A stretch of 64,000 bases of DNA from Vicugna vicugna (GCA_013265495.1 MU058636.1:10205066-10269065); one strand, 5' to 3'; counted from the first letter of the stretch, positions 38,261 through 52,604 are shown. Made by a program: numbers and translations. The notes: a model not told the origin generated them from the sequence alone.

Positions 38261-38949
38261 GGAGTATTATTGTGGCCAGTCTGAAATAAGCAAAGCAACA
38301 TGCAATTGCCATGTTTAAGTTTGATTTTATCTTTTCAAAATGCAGTATCTCAGAAGTCTTTACTATTTGGAACCAGTAAGGCCTTCGAGCAGCCAAACGG
38401 AGCTTACAAAGACTGCACACAGAAGAGTGAATACTCACGCAGTCCCTCTGAGCCCCACGCAGTGCCTGTGTACCCACACACACTCACACTGACACACACA
38501 CACACTCCCACGGCATGCTCAGCTTCGCGTAATAACATTTGACCAGCCCTACACTCTGACCCTCCATCCCAACTTCTTATACAAACACCTTTTTCTCAGT
38601 GCTTAAGATATTTCCAGTCAGGTTATCTACGATTTGCAGATGAAGGCATCCTGCTCCCAGGAACAATTGAGATTATTTTGGTATATTCACTATATTATGT
38701 CTAAGAAGGCAAAGGACTATGAAATACATCTTTTGAAGACCTACATTGAAAATAGTTACAATTAAAAAAAAATTTTTTTGAGCTTAAGTGAGTGGCTCAG
38801 GGATCAGACATTTTTATTTCCTGGTTAGTGGTTTGGTGATTTGGGGGGAGGTCCTTGTTATTTTGGGTTGCACCGTCTTTTTTTTAAATTCCATTGCCTG
38901 TGAAAAGGGTCATGTGCTCTGTAGTTCACTACAGCTCCCACTATCCCTT

Positions 38950-39380
38950 TGTTTAATTTTTCACTTGAAGGTAATTGTAGGCTCACGTGCAATTGTAAGA
39001 AATAAGACAGAGAGATGCCGTGTCCCTTTCCCCAGTCTCCCTCATTGGTGGCATCTTGCAAAACTTGTAGTATCACTTCTCAACCAGGATACTGATGTTG
39101 ATAGAGTCCAGATACTGCCAGTTTCAGTCACCAGGAGGACCCCTCAAGAGCACCACCGCCATCCCACCACCACCCCATCCCAGCCCCGCCGTAGACACTC
39201 CTTTGTTCTCCATTTCTGTAATTTCGTCATGTCAGGAATGTGATACAGATGAAAGCATACAGTGTATAGGATTGGATTTTTTCACTCATCATAATTCCCT
39301 GGACGTTTATCTGGAGTTGGTGAGCGTATCAATACTTGCTTTCTTTTCATTGCTGAGAACAGTGGTCCATGGCATCGATG
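38950..39380 (-). mobile_element. L1MC-like 3' end
   Basis: taattgtaggctcacgtgcaattgtaagaaataagacagagag...catcttgcaaaact...aaccaggatactgatgttgata. Confidence 0.8.
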
Positions 39381-41199
39381 AAACAGAGTTATTAAAAGAC
39401 ATAGCCACCATTCTTTTTTCCTGTATACAAGACTGTTTTCCTCATGTACATGACCTGCCTCACCCCACCACGGGCATTTGAACTTGTGACCTCTGGGTTA
39501 GCGTCTTCCCTGAGATCTGGAAAACTTAGATATCCAAAAGGATTAACTTCCTCTCAGCTCTGTCTATCCACTCTGTGGATTATACAGGTCACAGTTTTAA
39601 TCCCAGGAGGAAAAGTTCCTCGACATATAGCTGGCTCTCACCCCTTCCTACTAGCTGGCATGTGCTCAGGAAACACAACATTGGAACCAATCTAGCCAGG
39701 ATAGTAGATGTGAACCCAAAGAATCATCCGATAAAACACTCGAAGACAAATTGGAATTCTTTAGAGATCGTCTCTGCTCTGTTTTATGGCCTTCTGAAAG
39801 CTCCTCCTGTGAGCACAGATAAGAAGGGTTAAATCCATTCCCAACGCTCAGATTTCTTATCGTGTTCCCTCCCACCTCTCAGTGAGCCCCTTTAGGCTTT
39901 ACAATGTTCCTGTGTTAAGAACTCTTTCTCAGTTAATTTCCACTTCATCTGGCTAACTTCTGCGGCTTAGCATCACTGCTCTTAACTATCTCTCTCTTCC
40001 ATGGTATAAATTCTGCCATCTCTAAGACACTTAACAACTTGACGCGTCTCATACAATATACTTTGTCAGTAAATATTTTGGGGGCACCCAGTCTGTGCCA
40101 TGACTATGCTGAATGATTTTATATGCTTTTTCCTCTTTATTTCTTAAAGTAAATTCTTTACGCCACTAACAGAGTCATAATTAGGGTCCTCCAGAAAATA
40201 GTCATCACGGTGGCCCCTCCCCCAGCATCTTATTCATTACACGTGCTTTAAAATGTTCTTAATCTAGTTCACTTGCTAGGATATGGTTCAGGAGTGGGAT
40301 GTGTATAGTTTGGATCAGTCTATTCCTCTTTCCTCCATGATATATTTTCCTTTAATTCTTTACACATCTTTCCTTAAATTTTAAAGCCTAGATTGCCGCT
40401 GGCGCCGCCCTGAATGACACCTACCATCTGTGTCGCTCGCTGGTTATTTCTCCACATTCATCAAAGACCTATCTGTGCACCAAGCACTACGAATTATAGC
40501 AAGAACAACCACGTCACCCATCCCCACAGCATTAGTACTTCTCATTTTACAGATGCGGCCCCTGAGAGGACGTGACTTTCTCAAAATCACAGAGTTGATA
40601 AGTAACAGAGCAGGATTCCAGCTCAGGTCTGTCTGATGTCAGAGCCCATTCTCTGGGGACTTGGCCAGACCACCTTCCAGACCCCGGAGTCCCAGAGAAG
40701 ACCTTCATCCACCTCACTGATAAGATAAATTATTACCACAGATCTTCCTAGGACGGAAGAATCCACTCTGGCTCCGTCCTCTCAGAGCATCCACTTAGTT
40801 TTACCTCTTCAATGATAAAGAATCTTAAGGAGTGAGTGCTCTGTGGGTCAAGACCTGTGGGTAAGGGAAGGAAGTAGGATGGGGTGGAGGGAGACATCGA
40901 ACTTCAATGCCGCCAGAATCTAAGCCTTGGCTTACCCATGCGAGGAAGAAGTACCCCAAATTAAGCCAAGGGGGCCGTTCCTTTGTACCCCATGAAGATG
41001 AGTCCCTGGCTGCAGGCTGCCTAGGAAGTGTGCATGACCTTGGCCCCACAAATGCCAGAGAGGGACCCGGAGGAGATAGTCTCCCTGGTCCCCCTGTTCC
41101 CCGCCTCAGGAAGGGGGGTCCTGGGCACCGAGTTCTGCGGTTAGAGCTCTGGGCTTAGCCTCTCCTCATCTGCCTCCGCCTTCCTTTCCCCAAAACCTT

Positions 41200-41446
41200 T
41201 GCTTTCCCTTCCAGCCCTCCTCTCTATGCCAGCACCTTGCCTCGCCAAGGCCCTTGTCGCTCCTCACCTGAACTCTGGCCAAGTCTCCTCTCGCCCCCGT
41301 CTAGCCCTCTCCCATCCACCCTGCTCCCTGCCTGCTGCCCTAGCAGACTTTTTGATGCAAACCTACCACGTGACTACTTTGCCCAGCTTTTCCAGGGTTA
41401 AATGAAGACCCACGTGATCTGGCCGACCTCTCCGCACCCACCACCG

Positions 41447-41479
<33 letters not shown>

Positions 41480-41830
41480 TCTGGTGATACTGAACCATCT
41501 GTGGTTTCTCCTCAGCCACCACATTGTTCCTATCTCCATGCCGTTTTGAACCCTGTCCCTTCTGCCTGGCTTATCCTTCGTACATCAGGTTAACTCCTTC
41601 AAGACCCAATTAAGGTGCCTTTCCGGCGGAAAACCTTCCCTTCCACCGAGAGCTGGGCTACGGTGCCTACCTTTGCTCTCAGCCCTCAGATCTCCCATCC
41701 TCTCATGCTCAGAAGTTACCAGCCATCATTGGCCCATTAGACCCCAGAGGCAGGACAGTATCTTTCCTTTTCTGTGTCCCTTGTGCCCGACACAGATTAG
41801 GAACTCAAGATAAGCTTATTGAACTGAACA
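41200..41830 (+). mobile_element. L2 fragment containing a (CA)n repeat
   Basis: gcccttgtcgctcctcacctgaac..., aactccttcaagacccaattaag, agaggcaggacagtatct...tattgaactgaa. Confidence 0.65.
41449..41478. repeat. (CA)15 microsatellite
   Basis: Perfect dinucleotide run read directly. Confidence 0.95.
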
Positions 41831-43344
41831 GACTAAACCCCTCCTCAGGAAGATATTTCCTTCACCTCCTGCAATTCACCACCTCCTTGTCCTTCAAGAC
41901 ACTGGCTTGCCCCAAAGGTACTCATTTTCTCTATTTTTACAAGGTGATCATCAAGCATAGCTGGGCTCCACAGTAAGCAAACTGCTGTTGGGAAAACTCT
42001 ATTGTAAAAGAAAATTTGGCGTGATTCTCCCTTTTTATAAAAGGCTGTTGGTTTAGGTCTTTTTAACTAGGCAGCTCCAAGTGTCCATACAAACGCAGGC
42101 TAGAAGGCTGACCTTCGAACTCTGAATGGTGATTGCCTTGGCAGTCTTTCACTCTCTTCTTTATATTTTTATATATCATTTGAATTCTCTATAATGATCA
42201 TGCTTTATTACTTCAGAATCAGAAAGAAAACACAAATCTACGTTCACTGTGAGGGAAACAAGGGAAAAAACTGGAGGCGACTAGATGATTTTTTTTCCTA
42301 CTCTGAATAGATTTTTTTTAAAAGTAGAGTTTGGGGGAAGAAAATACTAAGTCTCTTAATCTCTAGGCTCACTAGCAAGAATAAATTACAAATTTGTAGG
42401 ATTTTATGCCCAAATGCTCTTTACATCGTTCAATTTGAAAACTGTTTCTTTCTTTAGAATTTCTTGGGGGCCGGTGTTTTAGAAATGGTGTTTGCTATCA
42501 GGGCGTTGTTGTGACTTTACAGATGCAGAACGTGTAGCAGGGAGCAAGTACACAGCCAAGGAGCCTCAAATCCCAATCCCCACCATGAACTAACTCTTGG
42601 CAAGTCAATCCAGTTCTCTGAGCCTCCACTGCTTCAGGCAGAAAATGGGATAATCTCGGCACCATCCACTTCACAGGTTTCCAGTAAGAAGAAGAAAATG
42701 AGGTAAAACATGTACATTTGCTTGAAAGTACAAGTCTGAAGACACCATGATCATAAGTGGTGGAAGGGTCATGATTAATAATAATATTCCAGCAGCAGCC
42801 ATTGCCCTCATCCCTTGGAGTCCCTGCCCTGTTCCCCTTGAGTACCAGCCATCTCCATCTCTACATTAAACACTATTACATCCTGACCAGGAGGCCAACT
42901 GAGTTGTCTGCATGATAGATCGTCAAGTATCTTGGATTCAGCTACACAGCCTGTGAGTGAGGGTGATCACGCTGGAGCTAGGGTCTCCACACCAGGACTG
43001 TTTGGCCCATTGGACAGTATACAGTCCTTTCTTTTTCTTTTTCTTTTTCAGTAGTTAAAAAGGAAGGGAAGAAGAAAAAAATAGTGTCTGCTAATGACAA
43101 AGTGAACATCATCTTCAGATACACCTCAGGGCCCAGCAGCAAATATCCCATTAAAAGAAGACTGGATTCCCAATTTAACTTCCTTTTAATCTCTGAGATA
43201 CATCCTCTATGGCAACAATGCGTCTTTTTTTGCAGTGGTGGGGGAGGGGCAGGGGGAGGCGGGTATACCCTGGTTTATTTTTATGGCTTGACACGTATTT
43301 GGTGAGGACAGGAGTAGACAGTAGCCAAGGTTCATGAGTATCAT

Positions 43345-43596
43345 GAAATCAGTAGAGAAGAGTGAGCAAGAGCTTAGATTTTAGAGCCTGAAACACTTGA
43401 GAACTTTTCCCAGCGTGGCTACAAACACACCATGTGAACACAGACTAGTTACTTATCCTCTGGTTTCAGTCTTCATTCTATCTATGAAATGGAGCTGAGG
43501 ATACCTGACTCACAGAGTGGTGATGATTTAATGAGCTAATGAATGCATAGTGCAGAGTAGAGAACCTGGTGACAGTGAACACTCAGAACATTAGCT
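43345..43596 (+). mobile_element. MIR SINE
   Basis: gagcttagattttagagcctgaaacacttg...tgaaatggagctgaggatacctgactcacagagtggtgatgatttaatgag. Confidence 0.7.
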
Positions 43597-43680
43597 ATCT
43601 CCATCTCCATCACCACCATCACCATCATCACCACCACCAACATCGTCACCATTATCATCAGCAGCAGATACCACCAACCA
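43597..43680. repeat. Imperfect (CAC/CAT)n trinucleotide tract
   Basis: catcaccaccatcaccatcatcaccaccaccaacatcgtcaccattatcatc; no surrounding ORF. Confidence 0.85.
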
Positions 43681-43890
43681 CGAACTTGTAATCACTTGCT
43701 ACATTCAAAGAACTGTCAAAGGTGCTGAAGGAGATGTTTCGAAGCTGTCTTTAGGAAGCATGTCTGAGAGACTTAAGGAGTTATTTATCAAATATAACAA
43801 TGAATTTCAGCATGTTCGAGGAACAACTACCATTATCGTCACTCTTGTGAACTACAAAGCAAATTGCATCCCATAAGGTTAACTTTAAAA

Positions 43891-44016
43891 AAAAAATTTT
43901 TAGTTGGGAGGTAATTAGGTTTACTTATTTAGTTTTAGAGGTGGTACTAGGGATTGAACCCAGGACCTTGTGTGTGCTAAGCATGCACTGTACCACTTGA
44001 GCTAAACCCTTCCCCC
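43891..44016 (-). mobile_element. tRNA-Ala-derived SINE (camelid Vic-1-like) with standard tail
   Basis: Minus strand reads gggggaagggtttagctcaagtggtacagtgcatgcttagcacacacaaggtcctgggttcaatccctagtaccacctctaaaactaaataagtaaacctaattacctccc; flanking repeat taactttaaaa at 43880-43890 and 44022-44032. Confidence 0.92.
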
Positions 44017-46719
44017 AGCACTAACTTTAAAACACGTAACTATTTCCAATTTAACTAGTTTAAAAAGCAGGTAAGAGCAAAGAAGATCCCACTTGCCTGG
44101 ATCTTTGTAAGCCGGGTGCTCTTGGGCTGAAGTTGCTGGTTTCCTAGGAGCTGACCCACAATCCCACTGAACAAGAGGTTTAGAACTACAGTAGTCTTCC
44201 TTCTGCTCCTTTAATTTCCAAGTTCACAGAGGCAATACTGTAGCTAAAGGATGGTTCTTGTCACCATCAGCTATAGCTTTTTATGAACTTCTATTTACTT
44301 CTCTGGTCCTCTGTTTTAGGACATTCTCCCTTTTTCCCCAAACATGGAGTCATGTCAGCTTGCCTTGCTGACCACCATACAGAACAGCCCGTACCTCATA
44401 ATGTAAGAATGTTCTACCCTACTGCTACAAGCCATTAAACTTTAAAGCACAGAATAGCATTCATGTTTCCAGCTTTGGAAGAAGATAAAGCACTGACTTC
44501 ATGGCCATTTGTTTCAGAATTTACTCACATTACAGCCCTGAAAACATTCCACTGTTTTGGCCCAACTGGCTTCCTTGAAGGAGGAGTATACACTCCTACA
44601 GCAGAACCACTGTGTAAATTCTCAGGGTTAACCCAAGTACACTCTGGCTTTGGCAAAATTCCCAACAGCTGGTGCCGTGGGCCCCAGATTAAGGGCCATT
44701 ACTGTATCAGCCATCCTCACCATCCAAGCAGCAGTGGACCAATTTGGAAGTAGCCACTGGAGGGCTTTGTACTTAATGGATAGTTACAAGATTAGTAACA
44801 GAGAGTCATGACCTTTACTAAATGCTCAAAGTACTTCTGCTCATCCGGAGACCCATGAGGGCAGCCGACCTCGATGTGCTGAAAAGCGGAGTGAAGGGAA
44901 AATAGATTTGTTATGAGACAGAAGGTCTTGGAGCCCAAAATTAACTTACTCCAAACATCCATCCTTGTTCCCAGTCACTCATGTGCTTCAGCCAACACCA
45001 GCTTCCAAAGAATTAACAAGTAGCTGCCAGTCCCTGCTCGGTCATTCTTTTTCAGAACACAACTCTGTAAGTCCCCTATTAAATCTGCAGACCCCTAGGG
45101 GGAGGGAACCCTCTCTTCTGTGTCTTTACACCCCCTTTCTTAACACAAATGGCTGCCAAAGAGCAAGCTCACCATAGATACTTATAAAGTGAGTTGAATA
45201 AAGGTGAGCCTCATAGTCCAGGGTTTAGTTTTCTGAGGAATCCCTGAGCTTTTGATGAATGACAGCAGTAGCCTTGTAGAGCCATTCACACCCTGACTAC
45301 AGATGACTATTCAGCTCCTCAAACGCATCTCCTGCCCCTCCTCCGCCCCTGCCAAGCCCCATTGTTTCCCTAAACCAGAGGTCAAGTACCGGGATACAGG
45401 TTTTCTGGAACGTACCTCCCTGGAATTCCCAGCATATGTTGATTCTATGAGTAATCATAGGCAGACATTGGCTACCCCATCTGTCATCAGATAATATCCT
45501 TTTCCTCCCACTAGCCAACTGGATCGTGAACCCGAAATACCCTTAGAAGGAGATTTTCATTTCAGTTTGAGGCCTGGCTGCAGCCTCAGCCAGCCAGGCA
45601 GGCAGAAGGCAAGGGTCACTGCACATCCCTCTGGGCTCTGGGGGGTGAAGCACAGGCCTCTCACAGTCAGGGCCGTCAGGGCCGTGCCAGCCCATCTCCA
45701 CCCATCGCAACGACGTTCATCTCTCTAAAGGCCTTGCTCACTGACCAGCTTCTTCTGAACTCTTTTATTTGGAGGAACTTGGCTCTCTCGTGTTCCTGTG
45801 GGGTAGCCTAAAGGGGGTGGCTATCTTCTACATGTCACAGAGCTCTGCTTCACTTTCTGTCTTCTGGCCTCTCTCATACACTAGCCATCTGACCTGGTTT
45901 GCCACTCTCTCCAGGATGCTTTAATAATTTCTTTCCTGAATGCGCTTTCCTAAAACTGGTCTCCAGTGTAGGGTAGTAGGTATAGATTTCTCATCAAAAC
46001 TGTTCCACTGGTTCACACTCCTGAGAGACAAGTGTCCCCTGGCCCCGCGTGGACTGCTCCCCTTGGAGTATGCAGAGTGGGAGGGGAGTGAGCACAGGCC
46101 CATCCTGCTGGGGTCTGGGGGTGACACCAGATTTGTCCCTCTTTATTAATTAGAGTGTCAAGAATCCAGGTGTGTATTCATGACTTCTTTTCAAAGATCT
46201 TAGCTTCGTAATGTCCTACTGCTTTTACTGTGATCTGAAATTTTTTGTTACAATTTGCTTGTTAATATCAAAATATTTCTATGGACTTCCTATGAAAACG
46301 TATGAAAAATAATTTTATATGGTGCATTTATGACTGTAGATGCTGCACTGTCATAGATACACTGGATAGGCAAGAACTGTTTTGACGAGGCATTGATAAG
46401 AAATTGAACCCTCAGCTCAGAATCGTACCTATCTAATAACTGAAATAATTTACCACAGAATAGCTTCTGGCTCCTTCCGTTTTCAACTTTGACTGTCTTC
46501 TACTACCCACATATTTCTAGTGGCAGGTGCCTTAGAGCCTGTCCACATTAAACATCAGCTCTGGTTGAGTCAGTACAATGGACACTGGGAGTATTTCTGG
46601 AAACCACTCTTAAATAAGGGTGGCTAGAAATATTTAATTCTACACAAAAGTGACTGAGAAGCTCAAAAATACATCCCTCTAACTCAAACTAAATGTTCGC
46701 CTAAGTCTACTTGCCTTAG

Positions 46720-46937
46720 TGTGATCCCCAAAGTGCCTGCAGCCACCAATTCAAGAAGTGTAATGGAGAGGATGTCACATGGAAGGAGGGAATGTCTTAG
46801 CCAATCATAATTAATTTATGTTAGTTGTACAAGTTTTACAAAAGCATATGACCCTGTGAATGAACACTTTTCTAGGGCTGTGAAAATAAAGGGGTCTGAA
46901 GCTAAGGCTTGACCACCTTCAAGTGCATCCACTCTGG
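46720..46937 (-). mobile_element. MER53-like hAT MITE
   Basis: cttagccaatc...ttttacaaaagcatatgaccctgtgaa...ggggtctgaagctaaggctt...atccactctg. Confidence 0.65.
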
Positions 46938-48833
46938 CACCAGCCAATCAGAGCAGATGCTGGGTGTAAACAACCAGCTCCATGATCTGGCACATACTGG
47001 CTGAGTGAACAACCTGAATCCTGACTACTGACTGATGTTCACAAATATCCATAGATGATAAGTGCCCAGAAAGACCCGGTTCTCATTCTAACTCATGAAA
47101 AGTTCTGTTTGCCATCCTTTCTTTTATTAAACAGTTCATTCTTGCCTTCCTTTAAACTCTCTCATTTTCTACATTCTTAATCTCTCATTTTTTTTAATGA
47201 TATTGCAACTTGATCTGGGTAGAGTAGACATTTAAAAATGTGTGTTGCATTAAGGGGCTTTATAAAGGCAGGACGACAGAACCACATTTCTCCAAAGAAT
47301 CTAGAAAGGTGGCTTGAATTAAAAGGCAAATCATGCAGATCAGGCAAAAGAAGGCATGAAGCAGTAAACTGATCATCCAGCCAACCAAGTTTTGGGGAGT
47401 CCTAGAAACATTTTTCGAACCCATTGCCCACCCTCAGATTGGGTCAGGAGTCAGACATAAGTGTCTGTTTATTGGTTTCTCCTCTAGTAGAATGTAAGTG
47501 TGTGGAGAGCAAGGACTGCATCCTTCACCTCATGTGTCCAGCATGGTATAAATGACTGAAGGGATGAATGATCAAGCATGGGAAATGGCCCCTTTTTGGC
47601 GGTGGTTAGGAGTCATCAGAAACCTTGGCAAGTGTGATGCTGGCAAAAGTGAAGCAGAGGAAATCAGACCAGAGAAATTCCGGAAGAGTGTTGTTTATTA
47701 AGGAAACTCATTGTGCATGCTTGCTGCAGGATGTAGGGAGTGAGGAGGGTGGGGCCAAACATCTGGGTTTTATTTCACAAAAGAAGGTATCCAAAAAAGA
47801 GGGGCGAGGATCCAAAGTAGAGAAAGGAGCTGAGAGGGGGTGGTGGGCAGGAGGCAGGGCAGGGAGGTGTCAAGATGGGGGTGACAAAGGGCCTTCATGA
47901 AACCAGTGACTTAATGGGTGTGTATGATGTGGGGTCCTGGACCCCCACATGCCTCTTGGCCCCTTGTAGGGAAATGCTTACCTCAAGGGCTATGACATTG
48001 GCACCAGTGAATGAATAAGCTTCTTGGTGAAAAGGAATGGCGACACAAAAGACACTCATCAGAGACACACACAACGTGATGGGAGAGAAGGCAACACATG
48101 GCACCCAAGGCAGCACAGCGGAACTGGACGCTTGGAAAGGCACTGATGGGGAACAAGAAGCATCATGGCTCAGCCAAACTCATTAACAGAACAGTTTTTT
48201 CAGTCTTTCCTCTAACTGCAAATCATTCATTTATTTTCTTCAGTATTCTCCAGGACTGCCATCTTTCCCTTTCCACTGAGGATTTCCAAACCTGACACAA
48301 TTGTGGAAAGGGTTAGAACCATGCCAATACGCAGCAAGGGGACAGTACAGCCTAATTCATCCCTTCTGAATGTGTAGTTTACTGGCGCCTGATCTTTTCC
48401 TCCCCTTCTACTCCGAAGTTCATAATAGCCTTCCCTGAGACAGATGCATATTTTACTTAAGTAAATCACTATATGGTTGTAACCTTTAATTTCATCTCGA
48501 TTGACTGTCTCCTTTCTCAGCTGTCCAGATCTATGTTGAGTTTCAATGCAACTCTCCAAGGTGCCACTTTCCCAACCTAACACAGTGTCACACACAAAGC
48601 GAACGTCTACCCATCCGCTTATTCAGGTACAGGAGCCAAAACGAGGGATGCTAATTTCCTCTTACATGAGCTTTTTCCACTTTTTTTTTTCTTTATGTCC
48701 ATTTGATTCTTTGACCTCCACACAAAGTGAACACAAATCTAGAAAGAGAGAAAGAGAATTCCATTCTAGAAGCAAAAGGTAGAGCCTTTTCTGTTTCACT
48801 GGCTGGCAACAAAGCCCGAAACTCCATCACTAC

Positions 48834-48846
48834 GTTGCCTGGCAAC
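48834..48846. promoter_or_regulatory. Palindromic RFX X-box-like motif
   Basis: GTTGCC-T-GGCAAC in apparently unique sequence; motif match only, function untested. Confidence 0.5.
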
Positions 48847-49584
48847 CTAGGAAATATTGTCCTGATTAAACAAAAACTATTTGGAGTAAATTCACAATGA
48901 AACGACTGAAAAGCATTATATCATTCTGCATTCCACCATTATGACATTGGCGACAGATACCTTAGGATTTTCACTCCCAAGAAAATAAAAACAAACATAT
49001 TGACATCAGCAAGAGGTGTCCTGGGGGTCAGAAAACACACTGGACCAGGATCAGAAGTCCTGGACAAGGCTCATAACCTTTGGGAGACTCAGGGGGTTTT
49101 TTTCACGTGCAAAAAGAACAAATGGAATTAATGAACAGTGACATTTCATGATTAAAGAGAAACAGTAGAAATGGAGAGTGCAGTAGCAGTCACCTTTTTG
49201 AGCACAGCATTTACTCTACCTGGGTAGGTCGTGAAGAATGATACACGCCTAAAGGGTAAAAGCCGTCCATCTCACCTTAAATGAAACCCACAGTGGGGAC
49301 TGGTTGGTTTCCTATAGGCTAGTGGTGCCCCTATTATTACAAGAAACTAGAAAAGCAGATGCTGAGCAGTATGAAAACTGCTCATCTTATTAAGACAAAA
49401 ATACCTCCTGGAAATTTCTTCAGGACTATTCTAATGAGCAATCCCAGAGACAGGAAGCTCTGGCAAAATTAAAGCAACTTGTTTGTGGAAATTGCAAGTG
49501 AACACATCATAAAGCTCTCCAAACAGAGAAGCTGCAGTTTTTAAAATTAAAATTTTAAAATTTAAAACTGTAGCAACAGAGCTT

Positions 49585-50040
49585 TGAAGAATATGGTGTG
49601 GTGGTTAAAAAGCAAAGACTCTGGGATCGGATCCTAGCTCTACCATTTATTGTTCGGACTATTTTTTAAACTCTCTGTATCTCAGTTTATCCATCCAAAT
49701 ATGGGTATAAAAGTAATACACACCCCTATTATGGTTAGTGTAGGAATAAAATGAGTTAGTGATGTGCTTAGAAGAGTGGCTGACCCATAGTTAGCTACCA
49801 TTGTTATTTCTGGCATGAGCCAATAATTGTTCAGAATGCTGCTGGAGTCAAACGAGCCTGGATTCAAAACCCAGGGCCACTAGTTGTTAGCAGTGGCCCT
49901 TGGGGCAAGCTTCTTAACCTTGCTAAGCCTCAGCGTCTTCATCTAGAAAGTGAGAATAATCATAATCTACCTCACAGAGTTTTTGTGAGGGTTAAATGAG
50001 ATCACACTTGTGACAGGCACGGCAGAGTGTAGCTACTATG
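49585..50040 (+). mobile_element. Two tandem MIR SINEs
   Basis: ggtgtggtggttaaaa...ctcagtttatccatccaaatatggg; then ctggagtcaaacgagcctggattc...cttaaccttgctaagcctcag...tacctcacagagtttttgtgagggttaaatgag. Confidence 0.85.
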
Positions 50041-50144
50041 AATCATTACTGTCCAGGATTTATCAAGAAATTTCCCTGCAGTTTCTTTAACTTCTCATTG
50101 TTGCTTTTTTTTTTTAAGGCTGTCAGAAATAACAATGCATGCCC

Positions 50145-51458
50145 GGACATTTCAATGAGGACAGAATAGCTTTTCAACAAATGATGCTGGGAAAACTGGA
50201 TCTCTGCATGCAACAGAATGAAGTTGGACCCCTTCCTCACATCATATAGAGGAATTAACTCAAAATAGATCAAAGACCAAAATAGAAGAACTAAATTACT
50301 GAACTCTGAGAAGAAGCACAGGCATAAATTTTTGTGGTCTTGGATTAGACAATGATTTCTAGTTTGTTCTAGTGACACTAGCAACAAACAACAATAAAAA
50401 ACTGATAAATCGGACATCATCAAAATCAACAACTTTTGCATCTGAACTGACACCATCAAAAAGGTGAAAAAACAACTCACAGAGTGGGAGAAAATAATTG
50501 CTAATCATATATCTAATAAGGGCTTTGTATCCTGAATACATAAAAAAAACTTCTATAATTCAATAATAAAAAGATAAATAACCTAATTGATATATGAGTA
50601 AAAGATCTGAACAGACATTTCTCCAAAGAAGATATAAAAATGGTCAATGAGCACATGAAAAGATTCTCAAAATCACTAGCCATCAGGGATATGCAAATCA
50701 AAATAACAATGAGGTATCATTTTATACCCACCAGAATGATATAATTAAAAAGGCAGAAATAACAAGTGTTGATGAGGATGTAGAAAAATTGAAACCCTCA
50801 TTTACACTGCTCATAGGAATATAAAATGCTGCAGCCACTTCGGAAAACAGCTTGACAGTTCCTCAAAGTGTTAAACATAGGGTCAGCATATGATCCAGCA
50901 ATTCCACTCTTAGGTATATACCCAAGAGAAATAAAAACATGTCCACACAAAAATTTGTACACTAATGCTCAAAGTAACATGATTTATAATAGTCAAAAAG
51001 TGGAAAGTAACATCCATCAACTGATGAATGGATAAATAAAAAGTATTACATCTATAAAATGGAACAGTATTTGATAATAAAAAGTAATGCAGTACTGATA
51101 AATGCTACAGCATGGAAGAAACTTTAAAACCTTGAAAGAAGCCAGTCACAAAGACCACATGTTATACAGATAGATTCTATACGTAAGAAAAGTCCAGAAT
51201 CTTGACAGATCCATTAGATTAAATTAGTGGTAGATTAGTAGCTTCCTGGAGGTGGGGGTGTGGAGGGAAGTGATTAGGGAGAAATGGGGAGTGAAAGCTA
51301 ATAGGTATGGGGGTCTCCTTTTTGGATCATAAAATGTTCTGAAATTGACTGTGGTGGTGGCTGTACACCTGAATATACTAAAAACCAATGAATCATACAC
51401 TTAAAAATGGGTGAATTGTATGGTGTGTGAATTGTATCTCCATAAAACTGTTTTTAAA
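50145..51458 (+). mobile_element. L1MB-like element: ORF2 C-terminus and 3' UTR, 5'-truncated
   Basis: ttttcaacaaatgatgctgggaaaactgg, gaacagacatttctccaaagaagatata, gatccagcaattccactcttaggtatatacccaagagaa, end gaattgtatctccataaaactgttttt. Confidence 0.95.
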
Positions 51459-52604
51459 GGTAACAATGGAAATTTCAGAAGTCTCCTCAGCTTGGAGGAC
51501 CAATTCTGTAGAACTTCAGACAGGCCCCAGACTTACCATCCAGAAGAAGCAGCAGAGACTGGCAATGAACTGCCTGGATAGCTCCAGAGACAGAAAGAGC
51601 CCGGACGAGCCTCCAGAACCAACTGCTGAATGCATTTGAATTTCCTGTACCCCTTCCCTTTTTTGATTCACAGTCAAAGTTCTGTGGAGATGTAAATAAA
51701 GCACTATCCATCTTCTCCCCACTTGGGATAAAACAGAACTGGGTCACACTGCAGATAAGGAGTTCATTTTCCTTGCTCCAACCCAATCACGTGAATCTCA
51801 TCTACCTGTAAGGAGTGGGGCCACAAGGTAGGCTGTTTTGGAGAATGGTGTCCCAAGGAGTTAAAACTGAGGAAAACTAGAGAATATGGCCCGCTGAGCA
51901 ACAGTATACAAATTGCAAGGATTCTGGTATGGGTACTTGAGGATTTACCTCAAAAACAAGTCTTGAGGCTTTGAGTTTTTAAGATGAAAAAATGCTGTCT
52001 TCACACAATATTACTACAAATTCCTCCTAAGAACCTAGTAGTTAAATTTTTTGGCGTGTGACTTTGTGGGGAAAGAGCTCAAAAGTTCTACTGGAGCAGA
52101 AAAGGAGAGAGACTCATGCAGAAATAGAAATTTTTAAGAATTCTTCTTTTTATCTTCTTTATTTCTCCTTTATTAATCTTACTTCTTCTTTCTTCCTTTG
52201 TCCCTCTTTCCCTCTCCTTACCTCCTATCACCTTGCTCTCTCTTGTTTGGTCACCAGATTTTCTAGTAAGCATCTGGGGAGCAAATCAGGACATGCACAT
52301 CTTACTTCATACGCCACCAACTACCATGGCACCTCATGAGAAACAGGAGCTCAAAAATCATTCTTATTGGTTGAATTAAATGCTACTGCACAGTGACTGC
52401 TAGCCACACAAGTTGAGCCCAATTTCTTTGCATTGATGCCAGTTCCTTGGTTTATGAAGCAGGAGAACTGTATCTTAGACCATAGACCCAAATGTCTGAC
52501 TGGTTATTTTCTAGGCCATTATTCCTCATATGTTTATTCCTATTCCGTCACAGGATTCTCCTATAAAAATACATCAAGACATTTCATTCTTCTAGGTCAG
52601 AGTC

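Noticed and set aside
43597..43680. Poly-histidine coding tract
   Set aside because: Simple repeat at the tail of a MIR, with no ORF or splice context.
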